From Chrysomallon squamiferum (lineage: Eukaryota > Animalia > Mollusca), in NCBI GenBank assembly GCA_012295275.1, contig CM022672.1, positions 15,562,001 to 15,626,000 of the forward strand: 64,000 nucleotides of DNA, written 5' to 3'. The position numbers and the translations under genes are program-made. Shown here in pieces: positions 41,466 through 54,194 of the stretch. Numbering within the stretch: the stretch's first letter is position 1; each line of letters begins with the position of its first letter. The notes below the pieces were generated by a model. It ran no database searches. It saw nothing but the letters and a program-made list of their open reading frames with translations, and had not been told where the DNA came from.

Positions 41466-42715
41466 TTAAAATATGAAAATATGGATTGTTGTGATGAATA
41501 CTGTTAAGATTTGTTTTGGATAAAGTCTGGAGTTTTCACCAACACTTTTCTTTATTGAAGATTTTATTTCTTGTCTTTAGCATTATAAAATCTCTGCCAT
41601 GTCTTCATAGACACAAGAAAAATTACCCTTTGTTTCTCTGAAACCTTCCCTCACTTATAACTGACAACATAATCTTGATGTCTTTTAATCCAGGAAATCT
41701 GTAAAAGCTGAATACAGTTTGTAATGAATTTTAAGATAAAATTTACAGTTTGTTTTTTAAAACTATTGATAAAATATGTGCATCAGTACACACCAACATA
41801 TCTGGGTTTCAGTGTAAATATATCACTAGTAAACTGAAGTTTAAAAAAAGTGGATGTAATTGTGAGGTTTGTATAAAGTTGTCATTTGAAATGGCACATT
41901 TATATGACTGTACCAAGGAAAAGATAAAATTTAAAAAAAAAGTTTTTCATTTGTATTTTGAAAAAAAAACCCAGTTATTTATAAAGGTTTTATTAAAAGG
42001 ATACTTAATTTTTTTAAGAGTTCCTTTCTGTCATTTTGTAGTGTATGTTTCTAAATATATATATATTCCAAATTTGGAATCCATACCTGAAATAGTTTTC
42101 ATGCGGCATCTTCCCCAATATGTTTGAATAGTCAGAAAAATGATATGTGATAAAAAACCAAATGACATTTTCTAAACCATATTACCACTTAATATGGCTT
42201 AAGGGGTGATGTTATGCATTGTTATAAAGTTATCTGTATGCATATGGAATTCCTTTTTAAAAAAACCTGAAATATTTATCACAAAATATAAACATTTTAT
42301 ATTCATTTTCTAAATGGTCATGTCAGAAACAAAAAATAAGTTTTGGTTTATTCAAATTTTATCATTTTTCATCTAGCATGTTCCCTTATTCTCACTGTGT
42401 ATATTTCACGGTTTTCTAGTATTGTCGCTTATCATGTCAAAGGACAGAACTTGTATACAAGAAAGTAAATTATGTTTTAGATAAGTGAATAACTCCTAAT
42501 ACATGTATGATTCATTTTGTTTGGTTAGAATTGTAAATTACTTCATGATCATTATTCAAGTTTGGGTAGATTTCACAGTACTAAATAAATGGGAGAAAAG
42601 GATAAAATCACAGTGAAACTAGTTAAAAATGATGAGCTAAAAGTTAACAAATGTTAATATTAATTGTTACCATGTTACTCGCGTACTTCTTAGAATCTGT
42701 ATCTGGTTTCTTCAG

Positions 42716-43096
42716 AGTTGCCTGCAGCAGACATTTCGACGGACTCAGTGCCAGTACTCTCCTGTTGCCATGGAACACGCTTACATGGCTGTTCAACAAG
42801 GCAAAATGACAGTCACTGCTGCTGCCCGAAAGTTTGGTGTCCCTCAGCCCACACTCCACGCTCGCTTCAAGTTTGGGCGTGGTCCAGGAGTCCTGCGCCG
42901 GGGACGCAGACCAGGGATGTGTTGCAGTTTCTACAAAGGCTTGCCAACAATGGTGCAGAATGAAGTGCCAGATCTAGAGAGTATTGATATGTGTAACAGT
43001 GGTGTTGATGTTTCTTTTGATAGATCTTCTTGTGAAAACTCGGCAGATGCTTGCAACACTCTTGTGCAGGAATTGATGCCCGGGGGTACAGGATGA
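42716..43096 (+). CDS. Variable terminal exon V7, pipsqueak-type HTH with acidic tail
   Basis: Acceptor ATCTGGTTTCTTCAG, phase 0; SCLQQTFRRTQCQYSPVAMEHAYMAVQQGKMTVTAAARKFGVPQPTLHARFKFGRGPGVLRRGRRP... Confidence 0.9.
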   Translation, partial: SCLQQTFRRTQCQYSPVAMEHAYMAVQQGKMTVTAAARKFGVPQPTLHARFKFGRGPGVLRRGRRPGMCCSFYKGLPTMVQNEVPDLESIDMCNSGVDVSFDRSSCENSADACNTLVQELMPGGTG

Positions 43097-45045
43097 ATAA
43101 AAATGGAGTTAATGTCTTTTTCTTCTTTTTTTTTTTTTTTCTTTTTTTTTTTTTGCATGTTAAATGTTTGAACACCTATATGTGTGTGAAGTGACTAGTA
43201 CACTGAGTTCTCTGTTCTTCTGGACGACCAGACATTGTCATAGAACATTCCAAAAGAAAAATACTAATAAACAGAATAGGATATGTTGTTTTTGCATTAT
43301 CAGAAAGCAGAAGTATGTGTAAATATATGCGTTTAAGAGATCTTGTTTATATTTGTGTTTATTTTACTTATTTAGTTTTGATATTATTTTATTTTATTTT
43401 TTTTTTTTTTTTTTTAAAGATACAAATTTATATTGAACTTTAATACCAAAATCCAAAATAGGTCCCAACATAGTATTATTTTAAATATACCTTTGTCCTG
43501 CTTAAAAAGCAGTTTTAAATCTTCCTTGAATCATCCAATATTCTGTCTTAGGGTGAGACTTGTTACATGTATGTGTACAAATTTGTCTCAGATGTGCTTA
43601 CATTTATTGCTTTGGGTCCATTTCTCATTTTTCCTTTTTTTTTTTTTTTTTTTTTTTTATATTGCTTTATATTGCAGATACCTCTCATAATATGTAAGAA
43701 CATTTATTGTCTAAATTAAAGCTGATTATACCATCTTCAATGTATAATATTTGTCCTCACTAATAATATTATATATATATATATATATAAAATCAGTTTG
43801 GGGCAAAATATTTTATGGCAGTTAGTCCCATATCATCCATGTTTATCCCTCCCTGTGAATTTTGGGTTAAAAACTATCTCCTTTTTAACTTTATATATAT
43901 TTTAAATAATGATTATATGAATAGTAATGAATAATGTTGTTCAACAAATATAGGATTGTTGAGAATGATTCAGTCAGTTTTTTTATTTGTTTTATTTTCT
44001 AATTGCTTGTGAAACTTTTTTCATTAAATTATACTTTTCAGTTGTTGATCCTGTATAGAATATATTTATAAATAATTATTTAACTATTTTATATATAATA
44101 TTAATTAACACTTTTTGCACAAAAAATTGTTTTGCTGTATACAAAGAGGAATTCAAGATAAATAATTAAACTCTACATTATATCTGAAGCAGGTAAAAAA
44201 AAAGGTTGGGAGGCCATGTAACTGTAATCTGAAATTACCCTTGTGTCTCTTTGGGAAATACATTGATATAAAATTTTTAAATTTCATGTTTTAGAAATTA
44301 TATTATGTTGCTAGTATAGAACTATAAGATGTTTTATTTGTTTATTATATTAAATTATTTGCATAGGTGTATTAAAATAACTAAATATGGTATTATGAAT
44401 AAATACAAACGATGTACTGGACTTAATTAGTAAGTGTTTGGAATTTAAATTCATTTTATGAGTCATTTCAGCACATACACACATAATTGTATAGATTTTT
44501 CTCTTATATCAGCAGCTGATATCTGATGTTTATTTTTCAGACAAAAATGATGTTTAACTATTTTATTTATGAAATGTAACATGTTAGTTCAGTAGGATTT
44601 AGTAAACATTTAGAAAAATATAAACTATTAATCAAATTTAATAACATTATAGAGGTGGTTATTTGAACTGCAGAGTTACTGTTTAGAAAACATACAAATT
44701 TTCAAATATCCACTGACTTATTAATTATGTAAATATACAATCTGACAGAAATCTGATCACAATGTTTTGTTGCATGCCTCATATTTACACAATTAAATTC
44801 AGTTCATATATTTTTTTGTAATATTTTTATGTATTATATTCAAACCTAATGTGTTTGTATTGATGCAGATACTCTTGGATTGAAATGTATAACAAATAAT
44901 AGTTAGAATAGTTTTTACAAAAAACGTAACTCATCTATCAGATGTAAAAAACCCAGCTTAAAGTACTAGATAAAAAATCTTTATATAATGTGGAAGTACA
45001 AAAAACATTCTATAAAAACAGAAATAATTTAAATAATCAGATAAA

Positions 45046-45095
45046 CTTTGTATTATGAACCTCATATGACCTGATATGAGGTTCATAATACAAAG
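45046..45095. repeat. Perfect 22-bp inverted repeat with 6-nt loop
   Basis: CTTTGTATTATGAACCTCATAT-gacctg-ATATGAGGTTCATAATACAAAG. Confidence 0.95.
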
Positions 45096-45209
45096 CAAGA
45101 AAAAAAATTAAAAATTAAAATGTAGCTGCCAGATAAAGTGATAAAATTTAACTCCCAGATAAAAGTTCATATTGGATGATGCTCAGATCACTTCCTCTGG
45201 TTTCTGCAG

Positions 45210-45467
45210 AATTCACTGTCATACATCAACCTGAGAACCCTTGCCATGCAGAATGCTGTGACTGCTGTGAAGGAACGCTTGCTGACTGTAACCTCAGCTG
45301 CAAGACTGTTTGGTGTGTCGCAGCCAGGTTTGTACTACCACATAAAGAACAAGGGTCTGCTGGACATAGCACCGCGAGGAATCCAGCACATCTTGACAGA
45401 CGAAATGAAGAAGAGACTGGAAGAACTCGTTAAACTCTGTCAACCAGGGAAAAAATCTGATATTTGA
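45210..45467 (+). CDS. Variable terminal exon V8, pipsqueak-type HTH (close paralogue of V4)
   Basis: Acceptor GCTCAGATCACTTCCTCTGGTTTCTGCAG, phase 0; NSLSYINLRTLAMQNAVTAVKERLLTVTSAARLFGVSQPGLYYHIK... Confidence 0.88.
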   Translation, partial: NSLSYINLRTLAMQNAVTAVKERLLTVTSAARLFGVSQPGLYYHIKNKGLLDIAPRGIQHILTDEMKKRLEELVKLCQPGKKSDI

Positions 45468-45679
45468 TATAAATCTTGTTCACGCTTTTATTTAGAGTAG
45501 TATATCAGTTATCATTGTTGTGTGGTCTATGTGTATCCAGAACTTCGAACAATATGAATACTAAACAGTTGTGTATTCCAGTTAGTAAAAATAAAATTTG
45601 TAGTACAATGATATAAGCTATTTAAGGGAATTTTTTTTTCTAATTTCAGAGTATTAAATTAAAACATTTTTCAAATATG

Positions 45680-45721
<42 letters not shown>

Positions 45722-46069
45722 CATAATGGGAAATTTCATGTCATATAATGGATCTTTTATTGGGAGGTAATTTAATACAGGTAGTATATTTAAAATAGCA
45801 TCTTATGAATGCTTTTTAAATGTTTGAAAACAGTTTCAGTGTATGTATAGTGTTTTTAAACACTGGATTCAAAAGAATAGTTAAATTACTTTCTGAAACT
45901 GCAATTATGTTCTTGCATTAGTTTTCATCAGCATTTATTAAAATAGGATTTTTAACTTGAAATTCTAATGGCATTTTCATGTTTTAAAAATATTTATCAC
46001 AGGTTTACCTGGTAGTTGTTCACTTTAAAAATAATTATAGTATTGGTTCTGATTCTTTTACTGATCATA

Positions 46070-46106
<37 letters not shown>

Positions 46107-48312
46107 GTTCTTCTTTTCCAATCATTTCCTCTTCTTCTCACAATTACACACACACACATAAAATGGATTTCATAAAAACAATTTTGTCAGGGAAATATGT
46201 TTAGTGCAATAATAAGTTTCTAATTGTTTATATTGAAACTCTTCACAGGTATACATTTTTAATATAAATTGATTTCTGTTTTGTGTTATTATATAAATAA
46301 TTACTACAGGTTTTTAATTATGTATTGAACAAAAAGAAAAAAATGGCATTTAATTGCATGTTTCCCTAATTGTTTAAGGGCTACATTTAGCAATCATTAC
46401 AAAATGTAATCTCTTGTTATGTTTGTTTGATGTTTATTTTTTAAATACAACATTGACCAAAATCTATAGAAATCCTTTTTCACTGTTTGATTTCTTGTAA
46501 AAACTTCTACAAAAAGTATTAACATTATTAAGTATTAAGTCAATATTTAAACTGCTTTAAGAACTTTATTATTGAATTATTTTAAATTGAATTACCTCAT
46601 TAGTTAAATTGTCTTTGTACAGCTCTTGATGTTTTAATGTATATGCTTTGATGTAGTACAGCAATATTGGTAGTTATTATTTTCTAAATTGTTAGCAAAA
46701 AATTTGGATACAAAAGGTTATATTAGTTATGTTGTCCATTTTTAATATGAAATATTTATGCAACTGTATATCATGTCTTGTTTTCATAATATTTATTTAT
46801 TGGGCATTTGTACTTTAAGTTTCATGTCTAAACTGCTTATATTATTATTGATGCATTTCATTTCAAGTAATGACACACCAAAGAATGTTTTATTTTTTAA
46901 TTTTTAATTTAAAAAAAAGAAATGTATGGGTATTTTTAAATACTTCCTCATATGAACAGGGCCAGTAAGATTTCATCAAAGGTTCAAAGTGACTTGGATT
47001 TTATTATATTGAAAGAGAAGTTATTCTTATCTAATACCGGAGAAAATATATCTGTAATTTCCAATTGTACAAAATGATTATAATATTACTGGTATAAGCA
47101 GTTGAAATATGTTTGATATCTATAGTTTTATATGTATTTCATTGAGATCAGTATTTTTACAAATGCAGATTTCATGACTTGTGAGCCTAAATGTTCAAAT
47201 AAAACATGTTTGTGAAATTAAACATGTAACTGTTATTAGTTTGAAGCATCATAAACTCAGTATATCTTGTGCTTTTTATTTGTCTCTTTGGTCTTAAATT
47301 CCCCATAAGTCTGAGTATGAGTGAGTTGGTGTTTGTGTGTGTCTGAAAAAAAAAAAATAAAAAAAAAAAAATGAATTTTGAAGTAACTTGATTATATATT
47401 GCAAAAAGAAACAAAATCATTTTTAACTGCACATGCCATATATAATGAGTGGGGAGTTATCTTAAGCAAAGATCATCCAATTTTTGAAAAACTACAGCAT
47501 GAAAAAGATAAATACTTTGTTTTATGTATATAGACATGATAATGATTCTTTTTCTATGATAGAAAATCCTGTTTATTTTGTGTTCATTTTGTTTACTAGA
47601 ACTGTATACTCTTGTATACTATTAAATAGATAAACAAAAATTTGATGGTGTTTATTTTCTTGTCTTTTCTGTATGATATGCAGCAGCCCATTATCATAAT
47701 ATGATAATTATCATTGTGATAAACTAAAATAGTGAAGTGTTATAATTAAATTCAGGTAGGAACTGGATTCAGATTGAAATATTCCTGGAAATATATTAAT
47801 TCAAATGAGTTGATTACTAAAGAAACTTTAGTTCATTGGAAGGATACTTGTACTAACACATTCAACAGATTTCTGTTTTGATTTATTATTATATAAAACA
47901 TTTTAATTAAAAATCTGTTAAATACTGGTACTGTTGAAATGGATACTTTATATTTATTGGGACATTCAGAAATTTCTTCTTAATTTTATTGTTTGTTACG
48001 GAAATTCAAACTATAGATAATAATTATTTCTGATTTTAAGTTATAAATACATCTTTACAAGAAGAGCTGTAATATATTTAGAAACACCTATATAACAAGA
48101 AATGTAACATTTTGATTTAGAAACATACCATTACACGAAGAGGTATAACTTTTTATTTGGAAACCTGTTTTTACATCAAGAAACATAACATTTTGATTTA
48201 GAAACATATCTGCATCAAGTGTGTTATATTTTTGTTTCTTTACAACAACAACAACAATCCACAAATATTTGTAAAGAAAATTTTGTCTGAGATTGTGTTT
48301 TGGTTTCTACAG

Positions 48313-48540
48313 AATCTGACATGGAGAAAACCAGTGCAGCACTATTCTCCTGAAGATATGAGGAATGCTTACAACGCTGTAAGGCAAGGTTCGATGAAAC
48401 TGTCTGAAGCCTCCAAGTATTATGGCATTCCTAAACAGACTTTGTTTGACAGAATTAAATTTAACAGAGGGCCTGGCATACTCAGAAAAGGAAGAAGCAT
48501 TTTGATACTACCTTCACTTATAAATACAGGACACAACTAA
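48313..48540 (+). CDS. Variable terminal exon V9, pipsqueak-type HTH
   Basis: Acceptor TTTTGGTTTCTACAG, phase 0; NLTWRKPVQHYSPEDMRNAYNAVRQGSMKLSEASKYYGIPKQTLFDRIK is a canonical psq pattern. Confidence 0.92.
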   Translation, partial: NLTWRKPVQHYSPEDMRNAYNAVRQGSMKLSEASKYYGIPKQTLFDRIKFNRGPGILRKGRSILILPSLINTGHN

Positions 48541-49274
48541 AACAAAAACTAAAAATTTAATCAGAAATGGTAATGAAAATAATTCTATGTTTCATGGATA
48601 GTTTAACATTTAATCTAAAGAAAAAGCCAACCCAGTTTATCTACAGATTCACTCTCACCATGATGATTTGAAGAAGAATAATAGTTTTCCCTGAAAAAGT
48701 TTGTAAAACTGTAATTTTATTTTGGAATCTTCTGAGAATGGCAGCACCTCAAGACGGGCTTTTATTTTTTTCATAAAATTTGAATTTCATTTTTAAAATA
48801 CTATTCTTTAGACATTCATTGGAAGGAAGCCCAATATTTTTATGGGAGTTATCCAGGAAGGTGAAAATGTCAACAACAACAACAAAAAGACACTCAGAAA
48901 ATAAATCTATATAATAAATATAGTAACATCTAAGAAGTTAAGAGTCAACAATAACTTTGTAGCTGTCTGAATATTTTAATTTCAAGAACTGATGACTGTT
49001 CTGTTTGCTATATGTGTTTCATTTTGACTTTGACATTGTTATTAATGAAGTATCAGATTTTTTACATTTCATATTTTAAAAGTGACCAAATCTGGAATAC
49101 CATTATTCATAATACTGGGTACTTTGACTTTGAGAGTCATAAATATTATATCTTCATGTCTTGCAGATGATTCCTTTCTAGTCCTATCTAGTTGATACCT
49201 CTATTGTCTTGCTGATTTTCCTCTAGATCATTTACCTTGTATGGTTTACACTTCTCTCAGACATAAATTTAAGG

Positions 49275-49310
<36 letters not shown>

Positions 49311-50852
49311 AATAATAATTTCAAAATTTCTGGACATTTGGTTCTGTTTTGTTCATTTGTTATTTATTTTATTTATCCTCAGACATCAATATATTTCTTA
49401 GTTTGTACAGATGATACTTGACATTTCTGAAATACAGTTTACTGAAAAAGGTAGAATATACAAAATATAAGTTTTGGCTGAATGTATTGAAACTAAGAGA
49501 ATAGATGGTCAAAACTCTGACAGCATTAATTGAAAGTACTTGTTTGTACATCACCAGCTTAGTATTAATAATTTGTATTGTATGTTGTTAGCTTTAATTT
49601 TACTAATTAATGAACTTCCAGCAAATTTGTCTTTATTTTTAGTTATATTTTGAATAATCACAAATATTTTCTGTTAAAAAACACACACACACACACACAC
49701 ACAATTTGATTTGTATTCTTGCAATATTTTTCTTACGCTTATGCAGTGTTATTTTTTATTTTAAAAATATTTTTCATACATTACATTTCTTGCTCAAACA
49801 GTTCTGTCTAATGTTTTGACTGATTAATATCTAATACAATATACACTGAATATAGCCATAAACTTAAGCATAGTGTGCTGTTGTTTTACTTCTGTATTAA
49901 AAGTCTTTAAAATGTTTTTTACCAACTAAATGGCAAGAGAAGGCTCTGTTATGAACATAATCAAATCATAATCTATACAAATTGACTGAAATAATATTTA
50001 GTGATTGGTACTACCCTTCATGAAATGCCTAAATAAACTTTTTATTAATGCTTCCAATGATGAAAATACTGAATAGAACACAGGCAGAAAAACCTGCAAC
50101 AAATAATTTTGGCTACTCTGATTAAATTGTTTCTATACATTATACTACTTTGTGAGATAGGAAAGATGTTTAGAAAATTGGTAATGTTGGACATTTTGGA
50201 TGAAATGAACTAAGCATTTAAACTTATTATCATTATGATAATAATAATTATTATTATAATTATTATTATTACAACCACATGCTGTATTAAAACTAAGGCA
50301 GTTGATGAGGTGTCAGTGTAGGTTATTTGTCAAGTCTTAACAAATCAGATGTGTTGTAATTGAACATTATACAAAAGCATAATAGTATTATTCATGTTGA
50401 AATTAAAAATTATGCTGAGCTTTTAGCATACATAATTTCACCAAACCTATTAATGTTTCACTCATATGGCATATGTTGTAATTATACATTTACAAGGTTT
50501 CATATATATATGTACAGCTTAAGAAAATACTTGTAACATATTGCACAGAAATTAAGTGGACATAACTAAACATTGTACAAAAACCTAGTAGAAATAACCA
50601 AACACAACAGAAACTTCACTGGACTGGTAATTAAACAATGTACAAATATTAGTACGCATATCTAACATCTAACTTGTAGATAAACATATAGAATTTAAGT
50701 AGACACATACAACAACACTATAAAATTTTAAATAGACATAACTAAACCCTGTGTAAAAATTTAAACCGATGTATAACTAAAGTGTATAAAAATTTAAGTA
50801 GACATGTACCTTAACGTTGTCGTTCACGTATCAGTGTTTCTGACTTCTTCAG

Positions 50853-51065
50853 ACGCGGTGGTGCAAACTGCGACATAAGTACACGCCAGAGGAACTGCGT
50901 GCTGCCTACGAGGCTGTCGTGGAAGGCAAGATGACGGTCACAGCAGCCGCGAGAATGTTTGGCATTCCTAGACAGACTCTGAAGGATCGCTTGAAGTTCC
51001 AAAGAGGACCTGGCATACTTCGAGGAGGAAACTCTTCAAAGGCATTCCAGACTTCTAGAGAATGA
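50853..51065 (+). CDS. Variable terminal exon V10, pipsqueak-type HTH (absent from ORF track)
   Basis: Acceptor TTCTGACTTCTTCAG, phase 0; TRWCKLRHKYTPEELRAAYEAVVEGKMTVTAAARMFGIPRQTLKDRLKFQRGPGILRGGNSSKAFQTSRE*. Confidence 0.92.
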   Translation, partial: TRWCKLRHKYTPEELRAAYEAVVEGKMTVTAAARMFGIPRQTLKDRLKFQRGPGILRGGNSSKAFQTSRE

Positions 51066-53816
51066 TAAATACTTCATTAACAACATGATTTGCCCCATCC
51101 CCTACAAAGAAAAGATTAAGAAACGTGGTGGATACATTTGATGGTGCCTGATAATCTTTGACATAGAAAGTTGCAAAACTATTTTTTGTTTCATTCTGTT
51201 TTGTTTTGTTTTTTTTTCACTGTAAAGGATGTTTTGAAGAAAGTTTTTGTTAAATGGATTAAATAATGAAAAAAGTGGTGTTTTTTTCAATTTGTTTCAG
51301 TTTTGATAGTGTTATATATAAAAAACACAAATGCCTAAATATAACTAAATGTTACTGATGAATAAGACTTGTTTATAAATTTGTTATGATTCTTCGAGTT
51401 ATGAACTTATGCTGTATGTTTGAACTGTTTCATATCATAACATTATTTTTTTAACATGTTTCTATTTGTTTTTTCAAATTGCTTGTTCTGAATTTCCAAA
51501 TCTGTTGAGTTTTGGTGACATTCGTTCTTTTTATCCTTCTGTCAATCATTTTTTCATAGTTATTACATCCTTTAAGAAAAATATTGAATAATAAACCATA
51601 TATTATATAGTTTATCATAAACATTTCCAAAAATACAGTTGTAGACACTTTTATGAAATAAAGTTCTCTTTAAGTTTATTTTTCTTGTTGTTTATGAATT
51701 AATACATTAAGAAATTTTATAATTTAAGAATACAGTAATCCTACCAAGTATTACATATTACATTTGTTTTTGTTTAGTTTACTGGATTTCTCCAGATCCC
51801 TTTGAACAGATGCAGTAATTAATATGACCAGTTAATTTGCAGTGCCAGCAAAGAGATATGGACATTAACGAAATGTACCGAATGAAGCACAGACTAAAAT
51901 AGCATGGTACCATCTTATAGACTGTGTTGCCTAGAAATAGTGTTCACCTCAAAACACCTTCTGTTATAGAACAAAAACATTTGTTTCTTGGAGTATTCAA
52001 AAAGAAAAGGCAGCCAATGATACCAGCTAGAAAACAGTAGAAACTAAATATGGACTAGTCATGCAAAAATCAGTGTTCCAATCCTAAGTTGGTCTGGTAA
52101 AAGGTGTCCTGGAACCAGTTTATTGTGGAAAAATATCAAAATTACCTGCAGTTCCTTTGAAGCTGTCACACAGAAGAAGAAAGATAGATTTTTCAAATTT
52201 CTTGGGAAAAAGCTTTTAACAAATTCCTGTTGAATATTTTCCTATTTTCTTTCCTTCTTTCTTTTTCTTTTTCCTTCTTTCTTTCTTTCACTCTATTTAT
52301 TAATTTTTATTTTTAGTCCCTGCTTTTATCTATTTGCGAAAGTTATTTTACATTTATTGTAAACAAGTTTCAAATTTGGTTGTTTTTTAACATGTGATTA
52401 ATTTATATATGTGTGTGTCTGAGAATATGGCTTTAGGGTTTTTTTATTGTTTTTTTTTTTCACTTTATGACTCTATACCTACTATTTTTTAGAATTAATA
52501 GTATTTATTGTTTCATGGATTATTTTAATGATACATTAACTTTTAACTTATAATCTGACAGATCATGTTGATTATTTTGTGATGTTTTATTCTTTGAAAA
52601 CAATTTTGGATACTGTAGGAGAAGTTCATTAAATGATCATGGTGTGAGACTGCTATTTTTAATTTTATTTATTTTTAAATTTGAATTGTGGATTATTACT
52701 TTATAATCAAAACAGAGAAAAAGAATACATGTTATTTAATAAAGAATTTTGTACCAGTGGTTGTAATTAATGATTTTATAATCAATATAGACAAAAAGAT
52801 AAAATCTAATTTAATAACACATTTTGTAAAAAGAGATTTGGAAATAATATAACAGTTAGTGGTAATTGCTTTATAACAAACACTGAGAAAAAAGATAAAA
52901 TATTATTTAATGCACCATTTTGTACACAGGTGCTGGAAATAACATTCAGTTGTTACTTCATAATCAATATAGAGAAATAGACTGGGATATAATAAAATGG
53001 TGGGAAACTTCTAATAACATGAACTCTTTATTATTAAAATAAATAGAGAATTTGTTTAATGTAAATTAATTCCACATTATTTATTCAGCTGGCTTATTTT
53101 ATTTTTATATTTTGAATTATTAATCATGAATTAGCATATTGTATATAATAGAGACACAAAAAAAAAAAATTTGAAGTAGATTTTTAAAAACATTAATGTT
53201 ACACTGACAAGTGAGTGGAAATAAAATGAGCAGTTTATATATAATTTGATAAGATTATTTTGCTTTATTCTTGTTTGTAAACCATAAATTATTACAGGAT
53301 GCATAATAAGTGAAAAAGAAAGCTTAAACAGGTACATTAATAAAATGTGTTAATATTAGATAAACAAGAGGGAGACATTCACATTTTTATGTGTAATTTA
53401 ATGCTACTTTATGCATTCAAGTGATTTTATTTTATTTTACATTTGTGTAGCAAACAATACTTAAATGTGGTTACTGGTAATATAAATGTAATATAAATGA
53501 GAAAAAATTGGTATACTTTAATATTACATTAACAAGATGGGAAATACATGATGAGGAGATATGTTTTCTTTTACCTTTGCCTATCTGTTTAAGTTTGTAT
53601 TGCTATGTGTACATAATATAAGTGAAACACATAACATTTGTGTATATATAAATATAACACCTCTATACTCCTTTACATATTCAGTTCACATATCAAATAA
53701 CAAGAGAGGAAATTTCTATATGATTCTTAATAATATTAAATGAGAAAACTTTTTAAAAAAAACCTTAATAAGAGACAGTTTTCAGATTTTATTTCTATGG
53801 TCAATATTTGTTTCAG

Positions 53817-54194
53817 AGGACACCCAAACTTGCTGATGACATATTGGTCATGCGCCAGGACGTCCAACCCTCCAGTGCCTCTGATGCAGTTTTTGTGCCC
53901 CAGCGCAGAAGACAGTTCAACTACCGCTGCAACATATGTAATCGGGGTTACACTCTGTTGGCTAGCTTGAGGCGACACGAACACTCTCACAAATCATCCA
54001 TTATGTGCCGGAAGTGCACAATGTTCTTTAAGACAGGCGAGGAGCTGAAGAAGCACAATGAGAAGAAACATGCCAAAGTGGCCTGTGTGATCTGTGGCAA
54101 ATCTTTCTCCACTCCTGCTGTACTTCGATCTCATCACACACTGTGTCTGGCTCGCTCTTTTAAAAACACACAGAACAAAAACAGTCCTTTTTAA
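53817..54194 (+). CDS. Variable terminal exon V11, three zinc fingers (C2H2, C2H2, C2HC)
   Basis: Acceptor TTTGTTTCAG, phase 0; CNIC..HEHSH, CRKC..HNEKKH, CVIC..HHTLC. Confidence 0.9.
   Translation, partial: RTPKLADDILVMRQDVQPSSASDAVFVPQRRRQFNYRCNICNRGYTLLASLRRHEHSHKSSIMCRKCTMFFKTGEELKKHNEKKHAKVACVICGKSFSTPAVLRSHHTLCLARSFKNTQNKNSPF

Noticed and set aside
33739-51065. Reading the psq ORFs as ten separate small genes or as independent transposon insertions
   Set aside because: All are on one strand in one phase with a shared acceptor; V2 lacks Met; no TIRs, TSDs or DDE catalytic regions flank them.
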